Below are positions 1 through 9,344 of a stretch of 35,685 nt of DNA, piece by piece; the stretch's first letter is position 1, and each line of letters starts with the position of its first letter. Source of the stretch: a virus (Duplodnaviria; Caudoviricetes); the IMG/VR virus record IMGVR_UViG_3300033407_000074, positions 1 through 35,685 of that record. One strand, given 5' to 3'. The notes beneath the pieces were generated by a model. That model saw nothing but the letters and a program-made list of their open reading frames with translations, was not told the origin of the DNA and did no database searches. Position numbers and translations under genes: made by a program.

Positions 1-732
1 TGGCAACAGCGTCCACGGATTGCCCGTTTCGCGGAATGCTGTGATGTCGGCCTTCATCCGCGTCATAATTTCAAACGCGGCTTTTTCAGATTGCCCGACA
101 TCGTATTCGGTTAACTCAGGATCCGGTTGCGGCGCGGTCAGGCCGACGCGCTTGGCGTAAATCTCCGCGACGGTATCGACCTTGAATCCGTGCGTGCGGG
201 CCAAAAGCGAATAGCCACCATATTGCGGCTGATTTGCCCGCTGCACCGTGCCTGTTTTATAATCGACGACACGGCCCGTTTCGCGCAAATCAATATGTCC
301 GCGCAACTTGAACCCGTCGCCCGCGTCCGCCTCAAGCCTTTCTTCGATTGCGACCGGCTCCAATTTGTCGCCGAAAAAATCCCAGATGATCCGCGCTTGT
401 CGTGTTGCCTGTACGATGGCCGCGTCCACGTTGCGCGTCGTGTCATCCCAGATTGCGCCGTCGGCAATGTCCGCCTTGATCGATTCCTCGGCACGTTCGC
501 GGAATATCTCGACCGGCACGGGCTCGCCGTCCATCTTGTTTTGAAAGGCCGTCTGCAAGCCCGCGTGCGTCGCCGTGCCGATTGCCGCGCCAATACTTGG
601 CGGGGCGACGGGCTGCAATTCAAACCCAGCCGCCTCGACCTCGCTGGCCCGCGATTTTACAAACTGGCGTCGGCTGCAATCGGCATATGACGCGAGATCG
701 GAAACACGAATGATGTTATTCAGCGCAGCCAT
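1..732 (-). CDS. PD-(D/E)xK nuclease, Cas4/RecB-like exonuclease (3' end cut by window edge)
   Basis: Not in the ORF track. Manual translation from ATG at 732 gives MAALNNIIRVSDLASYADCSRR...IGTATH...EERL...LRGHIDLRETGRVVDYKTG...QPQYGGY, open to position 1. Coupled to the upstream stop (TGAATG). Confidence 0.8.
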   Translation of the reverse strand, partial: MAALNNIIRVSDLASYADCSRRQFVKSRASEVEAAGFELQPVAPPSIGAAIGTATHAGLQTAFQNKMDGEPVPVEIFRERAEESIKADIADGAIWDDTTRNVDAAIVQATRQARIIWDFFGDKLEPVAIEERLEADAGDGFKLRGHIDLRETGRVVDYKTGTVQRANQPQYGGYSLLARTHGFKVDTVAEIYAKRVGLTAPQPDPELTEYDVGQSEKAAFEIMTRMKADITAFRETGNPWTLLP

Positions 733-972
733 TCACGCGGTTTCCGTTAAAATTACCGCGCAGGACTCGGCACGAAGCGCGGCCTTCGTGCAGACGCCGA
801 GACGCATAACATTTGGATTGTGGATTTCCGTCCCCGTAACATCTTCGCCGGTCGCCATATTGCGCGCCGTCAGGAATTGGAAGCTGTGGCAATCTTTGCC
901 GGCGCACTCAATAGGGCTTGAAAATTCTGCGCACCGCATACCGCGCGCCTCGGCGTCCGATAATAGCCTCAT
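733..972 (-). CDS. Small Cys-rich hypothetical protein
   Basis: 79-aa ORF whose stop abuts the nuclease ATG; several Cys residues. Confidence 0.6.
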   Translation of the reverse strand: MRLLSDAEARGMRCAEFSSPIECAGKDCHSFQFLTARNMATGEDVTGTEIHNPNVMRLGVCTKAALRAESCAVILTETA

Positions 973-1053
973 TTGAACCCGCCTTTATCCGTTATTTTTA
1001 CCGCCCCAAGAATAAACACAGCCGCAGAATTAACGCAACAGATAAAATTTATT

Positions 1054-1680
1054 TTATATGAATTTCAGCACGGCAGCCGCCGCGCCCAATATTTTCAGAG
1101 ACTTTTGCGAGATATTTTCCTCTGACGGAAAATCTGGGTTATCCGTAAGCGCATCAATTCTATTGGACCCGATACGCACTTTTACGCGACGCAAAATAGG
1201 CGAGGTATCTCCGTCCGACATGAAATAAAGGCCGCCTGTTTTCAGCGGAGCGTCTTCTACCATCAAAACGGCGTCCCCCTTTTTCGCAGTCGGAGACATT
1301 GCGTCATCGTCCAGGACAACCCACTTAGATGCCCGCGCCGGAATCGCCATTCCCATTCCATCGTCGATTGTCACGCTACCTTTTGCGTGCTTCCCGCGCC
1401 GCTCAAGGTCGGCTATTCTGTATAGCGGCACAGACGAGGCCGGGAGCTTCGCGCCACCGTCTTTTGAAAACATAATAGCCGCAAGCTCGTCGGAACTGAC
1501 GCCGATTGATCGAGCCAGCCCGGTCGAGTACTCAAGCTTGAGAGACTTGATGCGACCCTTAAAATAATTTCTCAGCACGTCAAGCTTCATGCCCGACCGG
1601 CGCTCAATATCTGCGATGCTATCAAATTGCCCCGACGCAATCCGCGCGTTCACAATCGATTCCAAATGCTCTTTAGACAT
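1054..1680 (-). CDS. CI-like repressor (N-terminal HTH plus degenerate S24-like C-terminal domain)
   Basis: HTH-like segment SIADIERRSGMKLDVLRNYFKGRIKSLKLEYSTGLARSIGVS; C-terminal DAMSPTAKKGDAVLM...LTDNPDFP resembles S24. Divergent from the replication operon. Likely start is ATG 1680 (track ORF extends to 1746). Confidence 0.75.
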   Translation of the reverse strand: MSKEHLESIVNARIASGQFDSIADIERRSGMKLDVLRNYFKGRIKSLKLEYSTGLARSIGVSSDELAAIMFSKDGGAKLPASSVPLYRIADLERRGKHAKGSVTIDDGMGMAIPARASKWVVLDDDAMSPTAKKGDAVLMVEDAPLKTGGLYFMSDGDTSPILRRVKVRIGSNRIDALTDNPDFPSEENISQKSLKILGAAAAVLKFI

Positions 1681-1840
1681 TTCGTTTTTCCGTTTTATAG
1701 CCGCCAAGTTCCGGCGCTTATAGTCCAATTTAACGCGCCGCGTCAATAATAACGCATTGAAATGTTAATTTTACCAGTCGCCATTACGTAGCGCCGCGCT
1801 GTGGAAACCGGCTATGACTCGATTTTCTGGAAATCAATGC

Positions 1841-1870
1841 TTGACGCGTCCGGTATTTTTAACGGATAGT
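1841..1870 (+). promoter_or_regulatory. Rightward early promoter with 16-bp operator in the spacer
   Basis: TTGACG (1841-1846), CCGGTATTTTTAACGG (1850-1865), GATAGT (1865-1870). Confidence 0.6.
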
Positions 1871-1969
1871 CCGAACTGTCGAGCGGTAGTGTTTCGGCGG
1901 GGTGTCCCGCCAGACCTGCGCCGGAACGGTATCGCGCCGCTCGACACACAAATTTTCTGGCGGAAATCA

Positions 1970-3448
1970 ATGCAATTACGCGACTATCAATTAAATTTCG
2001 TGCGCGATATTCGGACCGCGTTTGCGCAGGGCTCGGTCGCGCCGCTCGCCGTTGCCCCGACCGGCGCGGGCAAAACAGCCTGCATGTCGTACATCGCCAA
2101 TGGCGCGGCGGCCAAGGGCAACACCTGTGGGATCATCGTTCACCGGCAGGAATTGGTCGTGCAAACCTCGGTCGCGCTGGCCCGTGTCGGGCTGTGGCAC
2201 GGCATAGAGGCGCCGGAACCAGTGCGACGCGCCGCGATCCGCGCTCAAATCGAGGAAGGCGGGCGGTCGTTTTACAATTCCGACGCGCCGTCGAAAGTCT
2301 GTTCAATTCAGACCATAGGTCGTCGGCTCGACACGATTGACCCGTTCAACCTCTTGTTTCTCGACGAAGGCCACCACGCCGCTGCGGGCACATGGGGGCG
2401 CTTGGTCGAGGCGATGCCCAAGGCGAAAATCTTGGGGCTCACCGCGACGCCGGAACGGCTCGACGGCAAGGGGCTGGGTCGCGATTTCGGCGGCATTTAC
2501 ACAAGCCTCGTGATGGGGCCGACAATTGGCTCGCTTATTGAGGCGGGTTATTTGGCGACGCCGCGCGTGTTTTCGCCGCCATCGTCAATTGACACGTCGG
2601 CGCTGCATATCAAAGGCGGCGATTTCAACGCGCAAGAATCCGCTGAAATGATGGACCGCCGCCAAATCACGGGCGACGCCATCGACCACTATCGCCGGAT
2701 ATGCAACGGCGTCCCCGCCATCGCGTTTTGCGCGTCCGTGGCGCACGCCAAGCACGTCGCTGAGGAATTCATCGCGGCGGGATACAAAGCCGCCTGCATC
2801 GACGGCAATACGCCGGACGCGGAACGTCGCGGGGCTATCCGCGCGCTTGGTGAGGGCCGCCTGCATGTGCTGACGTCGTGCGACATCATTTCCGAAGGCA
2901 CCGACATTCCGATTGTCGGCGCGATGATTGCGCTGCGTCCGACGCAATCGCTAGGCTTGTGGCGTCAGCAGATGGGCCGCGTTTTGCGCGCCTATCCCGG
3001 TAAGCAATTTGCTTACATTTTAGATCACGTCGGCAACGCTTTACGATTAGGGCTGCCAGAAGACGAGCCCGAATGGTCGCTCGAAGGCCGCAAGAAAAAA
3101 TCACGCGACGCGAGCGAACGCGAAATATCGGTTTCGGTGACAGTCTGCGCGGAATGCTTTGCCTCGTTTTCGTCCGAGATTGACGTTTGCCCGCATTGCG
3201 GCACGCCGGTCGAGCGCAAAACCAGACAGATTGACCAAGTGGACGGCGATCTCGTCGAGATTGACCAAGCGGCATTGGTCCGGCGCCAGAAAATAGAGCA
3301 GGGCATGGCGGAAAAGTTTTCCGATCTCGTCGCGCTGGGTAAGCGTCGCGGCATGAATCACCCCGAAGGATGGGCGCGAAATATCTTGGCCGCACGAAAA
3401 CGAAAAGAAGAAAAATCGCCAATGCTGGCGCTACCGGAGGCGAGTTGA
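1970..3448 (+). CDS. Superfamily 2 (DExH) phage helicase with C-terminal Zn finger
   Basis: Q motif MQLRDYQ, Walker [19 protein letters not shown], motif [14 protein letters not shown]...CPHC. Start placed at ATG 1970. Confidence 0.92.
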   Translation: MQLRDYQLNFVRDIRTAFAQGSVAPLAVAPTGAGKTACMSYIANGAAAKGNTCGIIVHRQELVVQTSVALARVGLWHGIEAPEPVRRAAIRAQIEEGGRSFYNSDAPSKVCSIQTIGRRLDTIDPFNLLFLDEGHHAAAGTWGRLVEAMPKAKILGLTATPERLDGKGLGRDFGGIYTSLVMGPTIGSLIEAGYLATPRVFSPPSSIDTSALHIKGGDFNAQESAEMMDRRQITGDAIDHYRRICNGVPAIAFCASVAHAKHVAEEFIAAGYKAACIDGNTPDAERRGAIRALGEGRLHVLTSCDIISEGTDIPIVGAMIALRPTQSLGLWRQQMGRVLRAYPGKQFAYILDHVGNALRLGLPEDEPEWSLEGRKKKSRDASEREISVSVTVCAECFASFSSEIDVCPHCGTPVERKTRQIDQVDGDLVEIDQAALVRRQKIEQGMAEKFSDLVALGKRRGMNHPEGWARNILAARKRKEEKSPMLALPEAS

Positions 3449-3449
3449 T

Positions 3450-3683
3450 ATGGCGGAAATTGTCAAAATCGGCGGCGCGACTCTCTATTGCGGTGACTGC
3501 CTTGAAATCCTGCCGACACTCCAAAAGTCAAATCTTCTTGTGACTGATCCGCCATACCTGCTTACGAGCGGCGGCAACGGAAAACACAACGTCGGAAAAG
3601 ATTTCAAGGCGATGGGCAATTCAATGGCGGTCAACGTGATTCGCTGGATCGGTCGCAGGATTGAAATGGTGGACAAGGTATGA
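3450..3683 (+). pseudogene. Chimeric DNA methyltransferase remnant (N6/N4-MTase N-terminus fused to C5-MTase C-terminus)
   Basis: The 77-aa ORF starts [13 protein letters not shown]...VTDPPY and ends [19 protein letters not shown]. Too short to be either enzyme. Confidence 0.7.
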
Positions 3684-4066
3684 CCTCCGCCGCAACAGCC
3701 CTTGTAAACCGAACGCTAATCGAACTCGGAAAAGACCCCGACACGCGAGCATGGCGCAACAATACCGGCGCGGCGTGGATGGGTCGGTCCACACGAAACC
3801 GAGACGGCAGCATCACGATTCACGATCCGCGCTACGTCACGTTCGGCTTGCCAGGTTCCGGCGACATCATCGGTCTGCGCCGCGTGCTGATAACGCCGGA
3901 AATGGTCGGCAAGCATATCGGGCAATTTATCTCGGTCGAAAACAAATCAGGCGCTGGCAAACAAGCAGCGCAGCAAAAGAAATTTGGAAAAATGGTTTTG
4001 GAATTAGGCGGTCGATATGTCGTGGCGCGGACGCCGGAAGATGCCAAGCAGGGGGTTTTGTTTTGA
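3680..4066 (+). CDS. VRR-NUC domain nuclease
   Basis: [27 protein letters not shown]...QQKKF...GGRYVVAR pattern; ATGA overlap with upstream ORF. Confidence 0.8.
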   Translation: MTSAATALVNRTLIELGKDPDTRAWRNNTGAAWMGRSTRNRDGSITIHDPRYVTFGLPGSGDIIGLRRVLITPEMVGKHIGQFISVENKSGAGKQAAQQKKFGKMVLELGGRYVVARTPEDAKQGVLF

Positions 4067-6882
4067 CGGCGAATAAAGAAAATTCTGCGCGCATCGACAC
4101 TGCCCAAATTCGTCAAAACTATCCCGTCAGCGAGATCGTCGGGCGCTATGTCAAACTGAACAAGGCGGGGTCCGAACTCGTCGGCCTTTGCCCGTTTCAT
4201 GGCGAAAAGACGCCATCATTCACGGTTGTCGATTCCAAACAGTTTTTCCACTGTCACGGCTGCGGCGCGACCGGCGACGTCATCAAATTCGTGATGAATA
4301 TGACCGGCGTCGATTTTCGGCAGGCCGTCGAGGCGATTACCGGCGAGACTCTACCCGCCGCGACCTATGTTGCGCCGCCTGCGGATATTCCCGCGACGGC
4401 GGCAAACGATTACGACATCATCACGCCTGTCCCTGACGACGCGCCGGCGCTCGTTACCGACGGCATCGCCACCTATTTTCAGCACAAAACCGGCGAACAG
4501 GTTTCGCGCGCCGTCAAACGCGCAGACGAATACCGCGACGCCGCCGGGAAACTTTTGGGCGTGGTCATCCGCCGCGAATGGCAGGACCGCGACACGGGCC
4601 GCACCAAGAAAATCACGCCGACGATTACGTTTTGCACCGGCCCGAACGGATTCCGCGGCTGGGTTGACCGTGCGTTTGCCGAACCGCGACCGCTACAGGG
4701 ACTTGACGCTCTTTCCGCGACCGCCGCAGACGTGGCCGTCATCATCGTCGAGGGGGAGAAGGCGGCCGCTGCCGCGCGCACGCTATTTCCCGACAAGGTT
4801 GTCATCACATGGCCGAACGGCGGCAAGGCCGTCAGCCGCGCCGAGTGGTCAGAATTGCGCGGCCGAAAACGCATCATCATTTGGCCGGACGCGGATTCGC
4901 ATGAATACAAAACGGGGGATCAAGCCGGGCAAATAAAGCCGTGGGCTGAACAGGAAGGCGCGCGGACCGCCGCCGAGATCGCCACCATTTTGCACGGGCT
5001 AAACTCGGAATCCATCACGCTCGGCGCGCCGGAGGGCTGGCCCGCGTCCAAATGTGACGGATGGGACGCCGCCGATGTGCTCGCCGAGGGTGCGACGCCG
5101 GAATCCGCCGCCATATGGATGAAAGATGCTATTCAGCGCGCAATCGACGCCAAAAATGCGGAGAAAATTCCTGTAAACTCCGCACCGCCAGTCGATCCCG
5201 ACTATGTGCCTGCTGACTATCACCCTGAAAACGAAACCGGATATATCCCAGACCCAAAAGACGACACGCCGTTTCGGTATCTCGGATACGATCAAGGCCG
5301 GTTTTTTTACCTGCCGAACGGCGGCGGGCAAATCGTCGAACTGACGGCGGCGCAGCACACGGAAAACAATCTCTTTCAGCTTGCCGGTCCAGATTGGTGG
5401 GTCACACGTTATCCGTCAGATAAGGGTAAGATCGACTGGCAATTAGTCGTCTCCGCGCTCATCAAGGCGTCATACAAAAAAGGCGTTTTCAATCCTGGCC
5501 GTAAGCGTCGCGGGCGTGGCGCGTGGATCGACGTGGGCCGCCACGTTTTCCACTTGGGCGATATTCTCTGGACCGACGGCGAACTCGTGCCGGTCCCCGA
5601 TTTCACGTCCGGCTTTGTTTATGAGCAAGGCGAGCCGATGGACGTTGATCTGTCCAATCCACTCGACAACAAATCCGCGTATCAGGTTTTAGAAGTCGCG
5701 CAGGCTTTCAGGTGGGAAAATCCACTGTCGGCATATTTGCTCGCCGGTTTTTGCGTCATTGCCCCCGTGTGTGGCGCTCTTATCTGGCGTCCGAATATGT
5801 GGCTCGTCGGCCCCGCCGGTTCCGGCAAAACGACGGTAATGAAGCGATTTGTGAACGTGCTTCTGGGCAGCACGGCTTTCATGTGCGAGGGGGCGACGAC
5901 CGAGGCCGCGATCCGCGCTCACATGGACAGCGACGCGCGGCCCGTTATTTTTGACGAGGCCGAGCCGAAAGACACGCAGGCGCTTATGCGTATTCGCGGA
6001 ATTTTGGACCTTGCACGCGTCTCGTCGGCAGGCGGTCATATTCACAAGGGCGGCGCGGATCACAAAGGCAAGGTTTTCACGGTCCGGTCATGCTTTATTT
6101 TTTCGTCCGTAAACGCCGCAATTGAATTTCACGCCGACGACACGCGCACGACTCAATTGTCGCTTGTCGGCGGAAACGCGCACGACCAAGCGGAAAAGGA
6201 TTTACTCGCCGCAAGGTGGCGCACATTATCCGACATGCTCGGCAGCAAGATCACGCCGGAATTTGCGGCGGGGCTCATCGCGCGGACCGTTCGGAATTTG
6301 GTGACTTTGCAAGAAAATTGCGAGACGTTCACCGCCGCCGCCGCAACGCATTTCGGATCCATGCGCGCAGGCGATCAATACGGCCCGATGCTGGCAGGCG
6401 CATATCTGTTGCACTCGACGGGCCGCATCGCATATGCCGACGCGCTGAAATGGATTCAGACAAAGGAATTTTCATTTAACGCGCAGGGCGGGGCGGACGA
6501 GGGAGACGAGCGGCAACTGGTCAACAAGATTTTGCAGCATCGGGAGCGGTCGTCGGTTCGGCAGGGCTTGGTCGAGGACGTGTCCGTGTCCGAATTAATA
6601 GAGAGTGCATTTAGCGGAGACTATCGGGCAAGCGACGCGCTTGTAACGCTCAAGCGCATCGGCCTGAAACCTGACCTCAAAACGCGCGGGCTGTGGATCG
6701 CAAATCAGCATGACGGGCTCGCCCGCGTCCTCAAGGGCACGCCTTGGGCGACCGGCTGGGCACGGACGCTCGGCGGCATTCCAGACGCCGTGAAATCATC
6801 CGCACCCGTATATTTTACGAAATACGATAAGCAACGCGCCGTGCACATTTCCGAGGCGTGGCTCGCGCCCGAAAACGCCTGA
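4063..6882 (+). CDS. Primase-helicase (CHC2 Zn finger, TOPRIM, P-loop helicase)
   Basis: CPFHGEKTPSF...CHGCGATGD; IVEGEKAA, WPDAD, WDAAD; GPAGSGKT and VIFDEAE. Likely start is TTG 4063, overlapping the VRR-NUC stop. Confidence 0.88.
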   Translation: MTANKENSARIDTAQIRQNYPVSEIVGRYVKLNKAGSELVGLCPFHGEKTPSFTVVDSKQFFHCHGCGATGDVIKFVMNMTGVDFRQAVEAITGETLPAATYVAPPADIPATAANDYDIITPVPDDAPALVTDGIATYFQHKTGEQVSRAVKRADEYRDAAGKLLGVVIRREWQDRDTGRTKKITPTITFCTGPNGFRGWVDRAFAEPRPLQGLDALSATAADVAVIIVEGEKAAAAARTLFPDKVVITWPNGGKAVSRAEWSELRGRKRIIIWPDADSHEYKTGDQAGQIKPWAEQEGARTAAEIATILHGLNSESITLGAPEGWPASKCDGWDAADVLAEGATPESAAIWMKDAIQRAIDAKNAEKIPVNSAPPVDPDYVPADYHPENETGYIPDPKDDTPFRYLGYDQGRFFYLPNGGGQIVELTAAQHTENNLFQLAGPDWWVTRYPSDKGKIDWQLVVSALIKASYKKGVFNPGRKRRGRGAWIDVGRHVFHLGDILWTDGELVPVPDFTSGFVYEQGEPMDVDLSNPLDNKSAYQVLEVAQAFRWENPLSAYLLAGFCVIAPVCGALIWRPNMWLVGPAGSGKTTVMKRFVNVLLGSTAFMCEGATTEAAIRAHMDSDARPVIFDEAEPKDTQALMRIRGILDLARVSSAGGHIHKGGADHKGKVFTVRSCFIFSSVNAAIEFHADDTRTTQLSLVGGNAHDQAEKDLLAARWRTLSDMLGSKITPEFAAGLIARTVRNLVTLQENCETFTAAAATHFGSMRAGDQYGPMLAGAYLLHSTGRIAYADALKWIQTKEFSFNAQGGADEGDERQLVNKILQHRERSSVRQGLVEDVSVSELIESAFSGDYRASDALVTLKRIGLKPDLKTRGLWIANQHDGLARVLKGTPWATGWARTLGGIPDAVKSSAPVYFTKYDKQRAVHISEAWLAPENA

Positions 6883-6900
6883 TGTTGCAGAATTGCCACG

Positions 6901-6934
6901 TTGACTCCGGTATTTTTAACGGTATCTTTAACGG
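6901..6934 (+). promoter_or_regulatory. Promoter with two overlapping 16-bp operator copies
   Basis: TTGACT (6901-6906), CCGGTATTTTTAACGG (6907-6922), ACGGTATCTTTAACGG (6919-6934), -10-like TATCTT (6923-6928). Confidence 0.65.
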
Positions 6935-6972
6935 AACGTGGCAAAGTTGGCCGGATCATGGAAGGATGCAAA

Positions 6973-7143
6973 ATGAGCGAATTATCGGAAAATGAAGGCG
7001 ATCGGGGTTCGCCGTATTTGACAAACCCGCCGCTGACGACGCGGGAAAAGCGGGTGCTTGAGGTGCTTGATGGCGCCGGTTTTTCTGGCGCTGACGAGGC
7101 CGTCGCGGTTTCAATTTCCATCCTGAAAGGTGCGGGCCAATGA
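6973..7143 (+). CDS. Small hypothetical protein
   Basis: GAAGGA RBS before ATG 6973; ATGA overlap with the next gene. Confidence 0.55.
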   Translation: MSELSENEGDRGSPYLTNPPLTTREKRVLEVLDGAGFSGADEAVAVSISILKGAGQ

Positions 7144-8060
7144 CATTCAAATTTCAAATCAAAGCGCGATTCACTGGCGCGGTTATGTTCGAGGCTGAAC
7201 TTGACGCCTCGTTTGAAAGCCGCCCCGGCAGCGTGAAATTGGGTGAAGCGGTTAAGGCTGCCTATCTGGAAGGTGCCAATCTGCGCGGTGCCAATCTGGA
7301 AGGTGCCAATCTGGAAGGTGCCTATCTGCGCGGTGCCAATCTGCGCGGTGCCTATCTGGAAGGTGCCAATCTGCGCGGTGCCAATCTGGAAGGTGCCAAT
7401 CTGGGCGGTGCCAATCTGGAAGGTGCCAATCTGGAAGGTGCCAATCTGGAAGGTGCCAATCTGGAAGGTGCCAATCTGGGCGGTGCCAATCTGGAAGGTG
7501 CCAATCTGGAAGGTGCCAATCTGGAAGGTGCCAATCTGCGCGGTGCCAATCTGGAAGGTGCCTATCTGCGCGGTGCCAATCTGGAAGGTGCCAATCTGGG
7601 CGGTGCCAATCTGGAAGGTGCCAATCTGGAAGGTGCCAATCTGCGCGGTGCCAATCTGGAAGGTGCCAATCTGGAAGGTGCCTATCTGGAAGGTGCCAAT
7701 CTGCGCGGTGCCAATCTGGAAGGTGCCAATCTGGAAGGTGCCTATCTGGAAGGTGCCTATCTGCGCGGTGCCAATCTGCGCGGTGCCTATCTGGAAGGTG
7801 CCAATCTGCGCGGTGCCAATCTGGGTAAGGACTTTAATGCCAACTCGCTTATCGCTCGCGTCACTCGCATAACAGATACATACGAGTTTTTCGCTTTCGA
7901 CACAGACAAGGGCATCGTCATAAAAGCCGGATGTCGCCTCATGTTGCTTTCGGACTATCGCGCACACATCGCTGACAATTATCCCAATACGGAAAAGGCC
8001 AGAGAAACAACAGACATTCTCGACTTCATAGAAATGCGTGCAGAAAAGGTGCTGAAATGA
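7140..8060 (+). CDS. Pentapeptide-repeat protein
   Basis: 37 full plus 1 partial A(N/Y)L(E/R/G)G repeats flanked by unique N- and C-terminal segments; coupled to both neighbours. Confidence 0.92.
   Translation: MTFKFQIKARFTGAVMFEAELDASFESRPGSVKLGEAVKAAYLEGANLRGANLEGANLEGAYLRGANLRGAYLEGANLRGANLEGANLGGANLEGANLEGANLEGANLEGANLGGANLEGANLEGANLEGANLRGANLEGAYLRGANLEGANLGGANLEGANLEGANLRGANLEGANLEGAYLEGANLRGANLEGANLEGAYLEGAYLRGANLRGAYLEGANLRGANLGKDFNANSLIARVTRITDTYEFFAFDTDKGIVIKAGCRLMLLSDYRAHIADNYPNTEKARETTDILDFIEMRAEKVLK
7260..7826 (+). repeat. 15-bp tandem repeat GCC(A/T)ATCTG(GAA/CGC/GGC)GGT, about 38 units
   Basis: Read directly from the sequence. Confidence 0.97.
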
Positions 8061-8461
8061 CCATCACATTCGCTCCCGAACGCCACCGCACACTCCGCGA
8101 CATGCTTCGCCCCGCCGTTCACAAATTCGCCGACGCGCTCATCTGGGCCGACTCTTTTTTTGCGCGGCAGCCGGTAAAAATAACGCCCGCCGACCGCGCT
8201 GCGAAACCCGTCCGCGCTGACGTGCCCGTTTTTGCGCTCGCCATCATGCAGGGCACGCACGGCGGATCGACGGTCGAGTTTTCAAATGAGAACCGACTCG
8301 TTTCGACGCAGACGCACAACGCCGCGCGGCGGCACGCAATGCCGGTTCAATTCCGCACGACCGAGGAAATCATCGCAGAGCAGGACGCCGCCGAGGCGAT
8401 CCGCGAAAACGGGCGCATGTCTGGTCGGGCATGGCGCCGCATGAATGGGAAGGTGAAGTGA
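8057..8461 (+). CDS. Hypothetical protein
   Basis: 134-aa ORF with overlapping start/stop coupling on both sides. Confidence 0.65.
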   Translation: MTITFAPERHRTLRDMLRPAVHKFADALIWADSFFARQPVKITPADRAAKPVRADVPVFALAIMQGTHGGSTVEFSNENRLVSTQTHNAARRHAMPVQFRTTEEIIAEQDAAEAIRENGRMSGRAWRRMNGKVK

Positions 8462-8613
8462 TGGAAGTATTTAGCTCGATATACGTAATTTTGTCAGGTG
8501 TCTGCCTCGGACTTTCCATCGTCGGATTTATCTTGAGGGGCCACCAGTCGTCGCCGACTTGGGCGTGCGCTTCTGCGCTTTTTATGATCGCCGCAAAAAT
8601 GGTGGCGGCATGA
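8461..8613 (+). CDS. Small membrane protein
   Basis: [25 protein letters not shown]...; two hydrophobic segments; coupled overlaps. Confidence 0.55.
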   Translation: MEVFSSIYVILSGVCLGLSIVGFILRGHQSSPTWACASALFMIAAKMVAA

Positions 8614-9344
8614 CCGCGAATTCCAACTCCGCGCAACTGTCCGACCGCATCATCATGCGAGACGCCAAATGGTTTGCCGACGAGGTGCGTCACGGTCGCG
8701 GGCTTTCGTTCGCCGCCGACCTGATCGAAAAGCAGTCAAGCCGGATTGACGATTTGACGATCCGTTTGAATAAATCGGAATTCATCGCCGCGCGCCTGAA
8801 AGGGTGGCTCGCACTTGCCGCGCTGGGCATCATGTTTGCGATCCTCGCCGCATGTGCCGCGCCGATCCCGATACCCGCCGCGCAGATGCAGACCGGCGCA
8901 CAAGCCATGCCTCCGATGGGATACATCGCAATGTGTGCCGAAACGGATTGCGCGCCGATCCCCGTCACCGCGCCAACAAAACTCAACTCCGCAAAATGGA
9001 CCGAACTGAACGCGATAAACGACGCTGTTAACCGCCTGCCGAAAATTCCAGACACCGCGCTCGACGTCTGGCAACCGGCGGCAACACGCGGCGGCGACTG
9101 CGAAGACCTCGCGCTTGAAAAGCAACAGAGGCTTATCGCTGCGGGCTGGCCGTCGGGTGATTTGTTGCTGGCAACCGCGCGCACATTTTCAGGCGAGGGA
9201 CACGCGGTCCTGATCGTCCGAACGGATCGCGGCGACTTGGTTCTCGACGATATCAATTGGGCAATCGTGACAATGCAGGACGCGCCTTATGTTTGGCGCT
9301 CGATGCAGGCGCCGGGGTTTATGAAATGGGCGGCAATTAAATGA
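8610..9344 (+). CDS. Transglutaminase-like cysteine peptidase (BTLCP/LapG-like, family C93)
   Basis: GDCEDLALEK, GHAVLIVRT, LVLDD give the Cys-His-Asp triad; a hydrophobic segment ending LAAC precedes the domain. Confidence 0.85.
   Translation: MTANSNSAQLSDRIIMRDAKWFADEVRHGRGLSFAADLIEKQSSRIDDLTIRLNKSEFIAARLKGWLALAALGIMFAILAACAAPIPIPAAQMQTGAQAMPPMGYIAMCAETDCAPIPVTAPTKLNSAKWTELNAINDAVNRLPKIPDTALDVWQPAATRGGDCEDLALEKQQRLIAAGWPSGDLLLATARTFSGEGHAVLIVRTDRGDLVLDDINWAIVTMQDAPYVWRSMQAPGFMKWAAIK

Noticed and set aside
127-690. Plus-strand 187-aa ORF and neighbours
   Set aside because: Shadow of the minus-strand nuclease, which has clear motifs.
1814-1969. N-terminal extension of the helicase
   Set aside because: Spans the predicted promoter, operator and leader; the Q motif begins at ATG 1970.
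3661-4062. N-terminal 134 aa of the 1073-aa track ORF
   Set aside because: Overlaps the VRR-NUC gene in another frame; the primase more plausibly starts at TTG 4063.
6916-6931. CtrA box (TTAA-N7-TTAA)
   Set aside because: Spacing is N8 and is explained by two overlapping operator copies.
7260-7826. Tandem repeat as a CRISPR array or DGR template
   Set aside because: Units are contiguous 15-mers without unique spacers and encode in-frame pentapeptides. No cas operon or reverse transcriptase lies in the window.
6705-7967. Long alternative-frame ORFs (IGTFQ, VPIWK, LAPSR repeats)
   Set aside because: These are by-products of a stop-free 15-bp repeat. Only the 7140-8060 frame has coupled start/stop and a known repeat type.
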